Shown one piece after another: positions 47,343 through 55,782 of a stretch of 64,000 nt of DNA. Made by a program: the position numbers and the translations under genes. Where the stretch lies: positions 258,000 through 321,999 of the forward strand of contig CP061210.1 in the NCBI GenBank assembly GCA_026016225.1, read 5' to 3'. The notes below the pieces were generated by a model that saw only the letters and a program-made list of their open reading frames with translations, did not search any database and was not told the origin of the DNA. Position 1 is the stretch's first letter. The number at the start of each line of letters is the position of its first letter. The stretch comes from Candidatus Nealsonbacteria bacterium. GTDB lineage: Bacteria; Patescibacteriota; Minisyncoccia; Minisyncoccales; JANBVM01.

Positions 47343-48416
47343 ATGAAGGCTTTAATTTTAGCTGGAGGAAAGGGATCAAGATTGTGGCCTCTTTCTAGAG
47401 AATATAAGCCAAAACAGTTCCAAAAACTGATTTCTCAGAAAACAATGTTTCAAGAAACGTTTGAAAGGATTTTACCTTTGTTTTCGATTAATGATATTTA
47501 TGTGTCTACAAATAAACACTATTTGAAAGAAATAAAACTAGAAATACCTAAACTTCTTTCTAGGAACATTATTTCAGAGCCTGCAAGTAGAGAAAGGGTA
47601 GCGGCTTTCTTGCTTTTTTTTGCACATCTAAAACAAAAAGATTTTTCAGAACCCGTGGTAATTTTACCTTCTGATCATTTAATAAAAGATGAAAAAAAGT
47701 TTCAAGAAGCGTTATTAGTTGGAGAAAGTTTTATAAAAGAGAATCCAGATTATATATTGCTTTTAGGGGAAAAACCCAACTTTCCTGATACTGGGCTTGG
47801 GTATATAAAACAAGGTAAGCTTTTAACTAAATATAATAAATTTAAAATTTATAAAGTTCCTTTTTTCAAAGAGAAGCCAAACCTAAAGAGAGCAAGAAGC
47901 TTTTTAAAAACGGAAAAGTATTTATGGAATGCAGGGATATTTATTTTTACTCCGGCTTTAATTGAAAACTTAATAAAAAAGTTTGTACCAGATAATTATC
48001 AAAGGTATGAGAAAATAAAAAAAGCTATAAGAAAATCTGGTTTTAAGAAAGTGCTGGAAAAAGAATATTTAGCAATGGATAATGTATCTTTTGATTATTC
48101 AATAGTTGAAAACTATAAAAAGAATGCTGTTTTACCTATATCTATGGGTTGGTCAGATATCGGTAGTTGGTCGGTTTTAAAAGATTGTTTGTCTTTGCCG
48201 AACAAGAATTTTGTAAAAGGAAATTATATTGAGGTTGGTTCTGAAAATATTATGGTTTATGGAAGATCTGATAAACTAGTAACAACAGTAGGGGTTAAAG
48301 ATTTAATAATTGCAGTTACCGATGATATTATTTTAGTTTGCAACAAGAAAGACTCTCAAAGGGTTAAAGAGCTGGTAAAGAAATTAAAAAAGAACAAAAA
48401 ACTTAATTATCTTTAG
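47343..48416 (+). CDS. Mannose-1-phosphate guanylyltransferase
   Basis: MKALILAGGKGSRLWPLSREYKPKQF. Confidence 0.85.
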   Translation: MKALILAGGKGSRLWPLSREYKPKQFQKLISQKTMFQETFERILPLFSINDIYVSTNKHYLKEIKLEIPKLLSRNIISEPASRERVAAFLLFFAHLKQKDFSEPVVILPSDHLIKDEKKFQEALLVGESFIKENPDYILLLGEKPNFPDTGLGYIKQGKLLTKYNKFKIYKVPFFKEKPNLKRARSFLKTEKYLWNAGIFIFTPALIENLIKKFVPDNYQRYEKIKKAIRKSGFKKVLEKEYLAMDNVSFDYSIVENYKKNAVLPISMGWSDIGSWSVLKDCLSLPNKNFVKGNYIEVGSENIMVYGRSDKLVTTVGVKDLIIAVTDDIILVCNKKDSQRVKELVKKLKKNKKLNYL

Positions 48417-49729
48417 TCTTCTTTTGGAAAGAATAATTGAAAAGTTTTTAACAGAACTCCTATATCAAGCAGGAGATTTCTATTTTTTAAATAATATAAG
48501 TCATACTCGAATTTTTCTTTACTGTCCATAACAGACCTTCCATACCTGAATTTAATTTGAGCCCACCCGGTAAAGCCGGGTTTTATAATATGTCTTAAAT
48601 GGTAATAGGGGATTTCTTCCCCTAATTTTTTGACAAACTCAGGTCTCTCCGGTCTGGGACCTACTAAAGAAATATCTCCCTTTATTATGTTGAGCATTTG
48701 AGGAATCTCGTCAAAGTGTACTCTTCTTAAAAATTTACCAACTTTGGTTCTTCTTTTATCTTCTTTTTTTGCCCAAACAGCTTCTTCTTTTTCTGCTCCT
48801 ACCTTCATTGACCTAAATTTAATTAATAAAAAATTTTTTCTATCCTTTCCAACCCTTTCTTGTCTATAAAAAACAGGTCCTCTATCTTCCAATTTAATAG
48901 ATAGAGCAATTAATGGCCAAAAAGGTAAAGTTAAGATTAGTAAAAGACTGGACAGAACTACATCAAACAAGCTTTTTATTTTATCATAAAAATCCCTTCC
49001 TCCTTCCTTTAAATTTTCTAAAAACCAGGCGTGAGAAATCATTGAAACCGGAATTTTTTCATAAATCATTTCATAAGCACTTGCAAAATCTAAAAAATTT
49101 ACGCGGGCGGGCAAACAGAGATAAAGAGCTTTAAGAACTTTTGGGTCAGACTCATATTCTTCGGTAAATATGACGGTATTAATGTTTTCTTTTTGGATTT
49201 GAGAAAGAAGGTCTTTTTTAAAATCAATTGGAACTATTCTATAACCTAAATAGGGTCTTTCTGATATTCCTTTTTTTAAATCCTCAACCTGAGGTCCTTT
49301 ACCAACTATTGCCGTTTTGTTTAAAAAATGAACAGAGAATAAAGAGTAAAAAAAATTGCGCCAGAGTACTAATAAAATACCAAAAATTAAACTATTTAAT
49401 ATTAAATTAGTTTTGGGAGTGATTCCGAAAAAAGGAATAGTATAGAAAAAAAGCATTCCCAAAATTAAACCACTTAAAATTGCTCCAAAAATGTGGCTGT
49501 AAAAAGAGATTTTGCTTTTAATTAGAGGAAGATCATAAAGCCCGGAGATATAAAAAATTATGAGCCAAAAAAAATAAACTATTGAAAAAGGAAGCAAATG
49601 TAAAATAAAGACTTGAGAATTGAATTCTTCAAAAAATCCTAAAAATAACGTTATTAAAAGCGAAACATAGAGCAAAAAAATATCTCCTAAGAAAAGAAGA
49701 AATTTTTTGAAACTTAGCGTATTTAACAT
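48413..49729 (-). CDS. Polyprenyl-phosphate sugar phosphotransferase (WbaP-like initiating enzyme)
   Basis: N-terminal TM helices; C-terminal bacterial sugar transferase motifs (PQMLNIIKGDISLVGPRPERP). Confidence 0.9.
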   Translation of the reverse strand: MLNTLSFKKFLLFLGDIFLLYVSLLITLFLGFFEEFNSQVFILHLLPFSIVYFFWLIIFYISGLYDLPLIKSKISFYSHIFGAILSGLILGMLFFYTIPFFGITPKTNLILNSLIFGILLVLWRNFFYSLFSVHFLNKTAIVGKGPQVEDLKKGISERPYLGYRIVPIDFKKDLLSQIQKENINTVIFTEEYESDPKVLKALYLCLPARVNFLDFASAYEMIYEKIPVSMISHAWFLENLKEGGRDFYDKIKSLFDVVLSSLLLILTLPFWPLIALSIKLEDRGPVFYRQERVGKDRKNFLLIKFRSMKVGAEKEEAVWAKKEDKRRTKVGKFLRRVHFDEIPQMLNIIKGDISLVGPRPERPEFVKKLGEEIPYYHLRHIIKPGFTGWAQIKFRYGRSVMDSKEKFEYDLYYLKNRNLLLDIGVLLKTFQLFFPKED

Positions 49730-49853
49730 AGATTAACTTAGAGATGATAATGCAATTATTAAGTTTAAAAGAAAAATGATTAAAAATCAACCCAAGTAGA
49801 GAAATTTTGACTGATAATGATTTATTGCTTAAAATAAAAAGATAAATAATAAA

Positions 49854-52082
49854 ATGGGTAAAGAAAACAGAAAAAGTGAAAATCGAGGTTTAGAGAATTT
49901 TTGCCTTTCAATAATCAGATGGGGGACATATTTAATTTTATTCACTCCCTTAGTTATAAGCAGGAGTTCTTTTTTTCCCTTTGTTACCCCAAAGACCATT
50001 TATTTTAGGATTTTGGCTGAAATTATTTTTGCGGCTTTCTTAATTCTGGCTATATATTTTCCTCGCTATCGTCCAAAAATTAATATTCTGTCTATTTCAA
50101 TCTTTATCTTTGTCGGAGTATTGATTCTGACGTCTTTTTTGGGAATTAACTTTGAAAGAAGTTTTTGGAGCACTTTTGAAAGAATGACGGGTCTCTTTAC
50201 CTTTTTTCATCTTTTAGTTTTTTTCATTATTTTGACCAGCTGTTTCAAAAAAAGAGAAGATTGGGAAAAGATTCTTTCTGTTTCCATATTAGTTGGTATT
50301 TTGCTTTGTTTCTATGTTTTGCTTCCAGGAGAAATAGAAGTCTCTACCAGGGGAGGAGGGACAATTGGAAATACTTCTTTTATGGCAGCTTACTTACTGT
50401 TTGACATTTTTTTTGCCTTGATTTTGTTTTTGGAAAAAAAGACTTCTGGCTGGAGAATTTTCTCAGGATTATCTTTATTTTTGTTAATTTCAGTACTGCT
50501 CACTTCTACAGCCAGGGGTGCGATTATCTCTTTTTTGGGAGGGATGGTTCTATTTTTGTTGGGTTATTTAATTTTTTCAGGGAAAAAAAACCTGAAAAAG
50601 ATGGGGGTATTTCTAGTTTTGTTTTTAATAGTTTTAGGAATAATTCTTGCAATTTATCAACCTACTTTTATTAAAAATACAATTGAGATAACTTTACAAA
50701 AGATGAAACCCAGATTTGTTGTTTGGGAAAAGGCCTGGAAAGGATTTTTACAAAAGCCGATATTTGGCTGGGGTCCTGAAAACTTCAATGTGGTTTTTAC
50801 AAAATTTTTTAATCCCTGTATGTTTCTGTCAGAATGCGGAGGAGAGATTTGGTTTGACAGAGCACACAATATTGTTTTAGATAGCCTGGTTACCACCGGG
50901 GTAGTTGGTCTTTTAAGTTATTTGTTAATTTTTGCTGTTTCAATCTTTGGTCTTTTAAGAGTTTATCTTAAAGAAAAGAGGAATATTTTTTCTTTTTTGG
51001 GAATGGCGGTTTTGTTGATTGTTTATTTTTTTCAAAACCTGTTAGTTTTTGATATGATATCAAGCTACACCGTCTTTTTTTTGAGCCTGGGATTTGTCAC
51101 TTTTTTGATAACAGAGAAAGAAGATTTATTTTTTCAACCAGCTGAAGAATCATCCAATTCCCCTTTAGGGGTACTTGAAGAGGGTTTTGGCAGATATCTC
51201 ATTTCTGGTGTGATTGGGGTTCTAACTGTTTTTTTACTTTACTTTGGAAATATTCAACCTGCCAATAGCGCCGTAAACACAGTTCACATGATTGTTTCTT
51301 CTGTTAACCTGGAAAAGAGATTGGATTTTTACAAAAAAGCCCTAAATACCTTAATGGAAAAATACGAAATAAGGGAGCAGTTTGCCCAAAGGGTTTATGA
51401 AGCTGGTTTTGATTCAAAAGAAAACAGGCAGGTTTTGGAATCTGCCTTTCTTATGGCTGAAGAGCAGATGCAAGAGAGCATTAGAAAAAACCCCCTGGAT
51501 TTCCGCCCTCATCTTTTTTTTGGCAAGCTTTATTTTAGCGATTATTATTTTAGTCATAACAAAGAAAAGTTGATTTTAGCTGAAAAAATTCTTGAGAAAG
51601 CCATAGAATTAAGCCCAACAAATCAGCAGGGCTACTGGTATTTAGGTGAAGTTAAGAGAGCAGAAGACGAAGAAGAGGCAGCTTTAGATTTATTTGAAAA
51701 AGCAATTGATTTAGAACCAAGACTGGGTGTATCTTATTGGTATTTGGCTATGACCCATAAGATGACAGGTCAGTATGAAGAAGCCTTACAAAAGGTAAAA
51801 GATGCAGAAAAAGCAGGTTATAATTGGAAAAAGAACGTGAACAATCTAAGACAGGCAGCTGAAATTTATCAGGTTTTAAGAGATGATTTGAGCTTGTTAT
51901 ATCTTTACCAAGAGGCAATAGAAATTCATCCTGAAAATGCCGAGGTCTGGGCAGGTTTAGCCAACAGTTATGCCAACCTGGGCCAATTTGAAAAAGCAAA
52001 ACAAGCAGCTCAGAAAGTAATAGAGATTAATCCAGATTTAGCTCCCGAGGTTGAGCAGTTTTTAAAAGAATTACCCCAATAA
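49854..52082 (+). CDS. O-antigen ligase/polymerase-like membrane domain fused to C-terminal TPR repeats
   Basis: About 12 TM helices with a Wzy_C-like loop (AHNIVLD); TPR-like repeats in the last ~250 aa. Confidence 0.75.
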   Translation: MGKENRKSENRGLENFCLSIIRWGTYLILFTPLVISRSSFFPFVTPKTIYFRILAEIIFAAFLILAIYFPRYRPKINILSISIFIFVGVLILTSFLGINFERSFWSTFERMTGLFTFFHLLVFFIILTSCFKKREDWEKILSVSILVGILLCFYVLLPGEIEVSTRGGGTIGNTSFMAAYLLFDIFFALILFLEKKTSGWRIFSGLSLFLLISVLLTSTARGAIISFLGGMVLFLLGYLIFSGKKNLKKMGVFLVLFLIVLGIILAIYQPTFIKNTIEITLQKMKPRFVVWEKAWKGFLQKPIFGWGPENFNVVFTKFFNPCMFLSECGGEIWFDRAHNIVLDSLVTTGVVGLLSYLLIFAVSIFGLLRVYLKEKRNIFSFLGMAVLLIVYFFQNLLVFDMISSYTVFFLSLGFVTFLITEKEDLFFQPAEESSNSPLGVLEEGFGRYLISGVIGVLTVFLLYFGNIQPANSAVNTVHMIVSSVNLEKRLDFYKKALNTLMEKYEIREQFAQRVYEAGFDSKENRQVLESAFLMAEEQMQESIRKNPLDFRPHLFFGKLYFSDYYFSHNKEKLILAEKILEKAIELSPTNQQGYWYLGEVKRAEDEEEAALDLFEKAIDLEPRLGVSYWYLAMTHKMTGQYEEALQKVKDAEKAGYNWKKNVNNLRQAAEIYQVLRDDLSLLYLYQEAIEIHPENAEVWAGLANSYANLGQFEKAKQAAQKVIEINPDLAPEVEQFLKELPQ

Positions 52083-52091
52083 TACTAGATT

Positions 52092-52154
52092 AGAGGAACT
52101 GGTTTTGTAGGTTCAATGAAAAGAGCTAAAATTAATCAACTTTTACTTCAGTAA
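52092..52154 (+). pseudogene. Orphan 3' remnant of a PG-binding-module gene (RGTGFVGSMKRAKINQLLLQ*)
   Basis: Matches the C-terminal ends ERGTGFVGLMTRTKINQLSAQ* (31931) and GTGFVGSTTRAKLNTIL (about 27040). Preceded by an in-frame TAG with no upstream body. Confidence 0.6.
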
Positions 52155-52167
52155 TTCTTCTACGGGG

Positions 52168-52273
52168 TTGACAGAATATTTTAAATTTGCTAATATTTAA
52201 AATGTGAGTGTTCCTTCGGGACTCTTTCTAAGTCGACAATAGACCCCACTCGAGCGGGGCCTATTGTTTTTTT
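52168..52273 (+). ncRNA. Candidate ~70-nt sRNA or murB leader: TTGACA-N17-TAATAT, UUCG hairpin, strong terminator
   Basis: -35 at 52168-73, -10 at 52191-96, terminator ACAATAG.CCCC/GGGG..CTATTGT + T7 at 52236-52273. No ORF. Confidence 0.35.
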
Positions 52274-52368
52274 GACTCGCTTTTAGAGAATGTTAAAATA
52301 AAATTGGGCCGGGAGCAGCACTCACAAAAGACTTAGTATAAGGGTAAACTCTCCCGGTCCTTTAAAGA

Positions 52369-53295
52369 ATGAAAACTAAAACTAAAGAACTAAAAAATAT
52401 TCTTCCTGAAATACAATTTAATGTACCGCTTAAAGGTCACACCAGTTTTAGGATTGGAGGTCCGGCTAAATATTTTTTTGAAGCTAAAACAAAAAAAGAT
52501 TTAATTTTAGCGCTAAAAACAAGCAAAAAATTAAAATTATCTTTTTATATTTTAGGTGGCGGAAGCAAGCTCTTGGTTTCCGATAAAGGATTTAGGGGTT
52601 TTATAATAAAAGTTCAAAATTCAAAGTTTAAAGTTCAAAATTGCACTATTTTTGCAGAAGCTGGTTTATCATTAGAAAAATTAACTAAAATTGCAGCAAA
52701 AAAAAGTTTGACAGGGCTTGAGTGGTCAGCCGGAATTCCCGGAACAGTAGGAGGAGCTGTACGGGGAAATGCCGGTGCCTGGGAAAAATCAATGGGAGAT
52801 ATTATTAAGGAAGTTGAAGTTTTTGACGTTGAAAAACAAAAAATAATAAATTTGAATAACAAAAAATGTAAATTCAGTTATCGGAACAGTATTTTTAAAA
52901 AAAATCCAAACTTGGTTATTTTGTCTTGCCAAATTAAGCTTAGAAAAGGAAATAGAAAAAAAAGCGAGGAAGAAATGAAAAGCTATTTAGATTATCGTAG
53001 AGAACATCATCCCTTAGAATTCCCAACAGCTGGAAGTATTTTTGAAAACATTCCTTATGATAAAAAATCAAAAAGGAAAAAACCTGAAGCTATTCCTTCA
53101 GGTCGTATAATTGAAGATTGCGGTTTAGCTGGAAAAAAAATTGGAAATGTAAGAATTTCAAAAAAACATTCAAACTTTATTATTAATTTAGGGAACGGAA
53201 AAGCAAAAGATGTTAAAAAATTAATAAAGTTGGTAAAATTAAAAGTAAAAAAGAAATTTGGAATCAGTTTAAAGGAAGAACTTCAATATCTTTGA
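52369..53295 (+). CDS. murB: UDP-N-acetylenolpyruvoylglucosamine reductase MurB
   Basis: HTSFRIGGPA, GGGSKLLVSD, GIPGTVGGAVRGNAGA, C-terminal NFIIN. Confidence 0.9.
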   Translation: MKTKTKELKNILPEIQFNVPLKGHTSFRIGGPAKYFFEAKTKKDLILALKTSKKLKLSFYILGGGSKLLVSDKGFRGFIIKVQNSKFKVQNCTIFAEAGLSLEKLTKIAAKKSLTGLEWSAGIPGTVGGAVRGNAGAWEKSMGDIIKEVEVFDVEKQKIINLNNKKCKFSYRNSIFKKNPNLVILSCQIKLRKGNRKKSEEEMKSYLDYRREHHPLEFPTAGSIFENIPYDKKSKRKKPEAIPSGRIIEDCGLAGKKIGNVRISKKHSNFIINLGNGKAKDVKKLIKLVKLKVKKKFGISLKEELQYL

Positions 53296-53599
53296 TTAAT
53301 TTCGATAAATTTTTTTTTGCACAGTTGACATTAATTTTTCATAATGAGAAAATTAAATAAAGAAATAATTTTTATGGCGATAGCGGTCGACTATTTGCCC
53401 AAATATTTTTAAAATATTAAATCATGGTAAAAAGAAAAAAGAAAAAGGCAAAAAAGAAAAAGGCAAAAAAAAGAAAAGCAAAAAAGAAAAAGACAAAGAA
53501 AAGAAAGAAGAGAAAGAAGAGATAAATGCCTTCCCCGCCTTAGTTTAAATATTTGCAAAAATTTTTAAAAATGTTATACTATAGAGGCGGGGTTTTATT

Positions 53600-54046
53600 A
53601 TGAAGATAAACATTGAAACCAAAAACATAACACTGAATCGGGCTATAGAAGATTTTATTAAAGAAAAAATAAATTCCCTTGAAAAATTTATAAAAGTGTT
53701 ATATAACGGAAAATATAAAAGTCCTTCCTCTGGTAAGGCAAAACCAGCACTTGTAGCATGGGTAGAGATTGGAAAAGAAACACTGCATCATAAGAGAGGA
53801 CCATTTTTTCGAGCCGAATGCCAAATAAGATTTTCAGGAAAGAGTATAAGAGCAGAAGCTATTTCAAAAGATTTAAGATTAGCAATTACGGAAGTAAAAG
53901 ATGAACTGCAGATAGGACTTAAAAAGCAAAAAGAAAAAATGATTTCAAAGGAAAAAAGAAAAAGTAGAGTTCTTAAAAAAAGAATGAAAATATCTCCCCA
54001 GGCAAGATTTGATCAGAAGGGGAGAACATTAGAAGAAGGTATTTAA
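53600..54046 (+). CDS. hpf: Ribosome hibernation/RaiA-HPF family protein with a K-rich tail
   Basis: MKINIETKNITLNRAIEDFIKEKINSLEKF is a typical S30AE N-terminus. Confidence 0.8.
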   Translation: MKINIETKNITLNRAIEDFIKEKINSLEKFIKVLYNGKYKSPSSGKAKPALVAWVEIGKETLHHKRGPFFRAECQIRFSGKSIRAEAISKDLRLAITEVKDELQIGLKKQKEKMISKEKRKSRVLKKRMKISPQARFDQKGRTLEEGI

Positions 54047-54080
54047 CCCTCAATCGCTTTTTTGTTTCACTCTTTGTTTT

Positions 54081-54110
54081 TCTCAACAAAAATTGTTGAG
54101 ACAGTTTTTC
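54081..54110 (+). terminator. Hairpin TCTCAACA/TGTTGAGA followed by a T-run (hpf terminator or attenuator)
   Basis: Read directly. Confidence 0.5.
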
Positions 54111-54137
54111 AGCATTTCCTATTAGAAAATGCTGAAA
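54107..54137 (+). promoter_or_regulatory. Perfect 11-bp stem that sequesters the first ATG of the AdoMetDC ORF
   Basis: TTTCAGCATTT (54107-17) pairs with AAATGCTGAAA (54127-37), 9-nt loop. ATG at 54129. Confidence 0.5.
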
Positions 54138-54560
54138 GATAAAGCGGTTGATAGAAAAATGATTAAAAAAACAAAGAGATCCATACAATGGGTCAATCAA
54201 TGGGTCAATGGAAAAAAACAAAAATATGCCGGTATTCACATAGTTGCCGAATTTTGGGGAAGCAAAATCATAGAAGACTCAAAAGAAATTGAGAAGATTT
54301 TAATTACAGCTGCTGAAAAAGGGGGAAATACTCCTTTAGAAGTAACCACTCATAAATTTTTACCCCAGGGTATAACCGGGGTTGTTTTATTAGCTGAAAG
54401 CCATATTGCTCTTCATGCTTGGCCCGAATATAATTATTTAGCAATAGATATTTTTACCTGCGGGGAGAAGGCTTTTCCAGATAAATCACTAAACTATTTA
54501 AGAAAAAAATTTAATCCCAAAAAAGTTGAAATAAAAAAAATAAAAAGAGGAACAATATGA
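54129..54560 (+). CDS. speH: Pyruvoyl-dependent S-adenosylmethionine decarboxylase proenzyme (SpeH/SpeD class 1)
   Basis: HIVAEFWG...VVLLAESHIALHAWPE..AIDIFTCG. The true start is uncertain because of an unusual ~30-aa N-terminal extension. Confidence 0.85.
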   Translation: MLKDKAVDRKMIKKTKRSIQWVNQWVNGKKQKYAGIHIVAEFWGSKIIEDSKEIEKILITAAEKGGNTPLEVTTHKFLPQGITGVVLLAESHIALHAWPEYNYLAIDIFTCGEKAFPDKSLNYLRKKFNPKKVEIKKIKRGTI

Positions 54561-54919
54561 AAGAAAATCAATCGAAAATTTATGGACAGGAATTGATTAT
54601 GGACCTTTATGACTGTGACCCAAAGATTTTAAGGTCAAAGAAGAAAATCTTAGAATATTCAAATAGGATTTGTAAACTGATTAAAGTTAAAAAATACGGC
54701 AGAGCAATCATCAAAAGATTTGGAACAGGTTCTATAGCTGGCTTTTCTTTGGTTCAGTTAATAGAAACCAGTTTAGTCTCTGGTCATTTTTCCGAACTGT
54801 GGGATAGGGCGTTTATCAATATTTTTTCTTGTAAGTTATTTAACGATAAAAAAACTAAGGACTTTACTAAAAAATTCTTTAAAGCAAAAAAAATTAAAAG
54901 TAGAACAATTATTCGTTGA
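54557..54919 (+). CDS. Divergent AdoMetDC-fold paralog (ES to TS at the processing site)
   Basis: YGQELIMDLYDCD...LVQLIETSLVSGHFSE...FINIFSC aligns with the SpeH fold. ATGA overlap with speH. Confidence 0.65.
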   Translation: MKENQSKIYGQELIMDLYDCDPKILRSKKKILEYSNRICKLIKVKKYGRAIIKRFGTGSIAGFSLVQLIETSLVSGHFSELWDRAFINIFSCKLFNDKKTKDFTKKFFKAKKIKSRTIIR

Positions 54920-54923
54920 AGAC

Positions 54924-55781
54924 ATGAAAAAATGGTTTTTTGAAAAAGGGCTTCCCAATATCGTTCAAGATTCTAAAATTGGTTGGAAACTGAAAAAAAG
55001 AATTTATTCTGGAAAAAGTAAATATCAGAAAATTGAAATTTTAGATACCTTCGCTTTAGGAAGGATTTTTGTTTTAGATGGTATTGTTCAATTGTCAGAA
55101 AAATATGAATTTATTTATCATGAAATGATTTCCCATCTGCCTTTATTTTATCACCCAAATCCTGAAAGAATTTTAATTATAGGAGGAGGAGATGGTGGCG
55201 TTCTGCGTGAAGTTTTAAAACATTCTTTAAAAGAAATTTTTTGGGTGGAGTTGGATTCAGAAGTAGTGGAAATCTCAAAAAAACATCTTTCATTTTTAGG
55301 TATAAAGAATTCTTTGAAACAAAAGAAAGTAAAACTATTTTTTGGAGATGGAGTGAGTTTTGTTAAAAAATTCAAAGACTTTTTTGATGTAATAATTGTT
55401 GACTCTACAGATCCGGCAGGTCCTTCTCTTCCTTTATTTCAAAAAAGATTTTATCAGAATAGCTTTTTGGCTTTAAAAAAAGAAGGAATTCTTATTACCC
55501 AAAGTGGAAATTTTTTAGACCAACTTTCAGAAATCAAGACCGTGATTAAAAATCTAACCCCTTCTTTTCCTTATGTAAAAGTGCATAGAATATTTACTCC
55601 TGATTATCAGGGTTCGGATTTTAGTTTCACTTTAGCTTCTAAAAAGATAAACCTGGAAGGTTTTAATATTAAAAAGATAGAAAAGAGATATAAAAAAATT
55701 AAGGGTTTAAAATATTACTCTCCTAAAATACATTTAGCTTCAGGAATTCTACCTAAATTTTATAAAGAAAAACTGGAATGA
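54924..55781 (+). CDS. speE: Spermidine synthase-type aminopropyltransferase
   Basis: IIGGGDGGVLREVLKH, VDSTDPAGP. Confidence 0.9.
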   Translation: MKKWFFEKGLPNIVQDSKIGWKLKKRIYSGKSKYQKIEILDTFALGRIFVLDGIVQLSEKYEFIYHEMISHLPLFYHPNPERILIIGGGDGGVLREVLKHSLKEIFWVELDSEVVEISKKHLSFLGIKNSLKQKKVKLFFGDGVSFVKKFKDFFDVIIVDSTDPAGPSLPLFQKRFYQNSFLALKKEGILITQSGNFLDQLSEIKTVIKNLTPSFPYVKVHRIFTPDYQGSDFSFTLASKKINLEGFNIKKIEKRYKKIKGLKYYSPKIHLASGILPKFYKEKLE

Positions 55782-55782
55782 T

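Noticed and set aside
52204-52336. Two 7-nt complementarities (GTGAGTG/CACTCAC and CTAAGTC/GACTTAG) between the candidate sRNA and the murB leader
   Set aside because: Their order would force a crossed (pseudoknot) arrangement. About one complementary 7-mer pair is expected by chance in a region this size.
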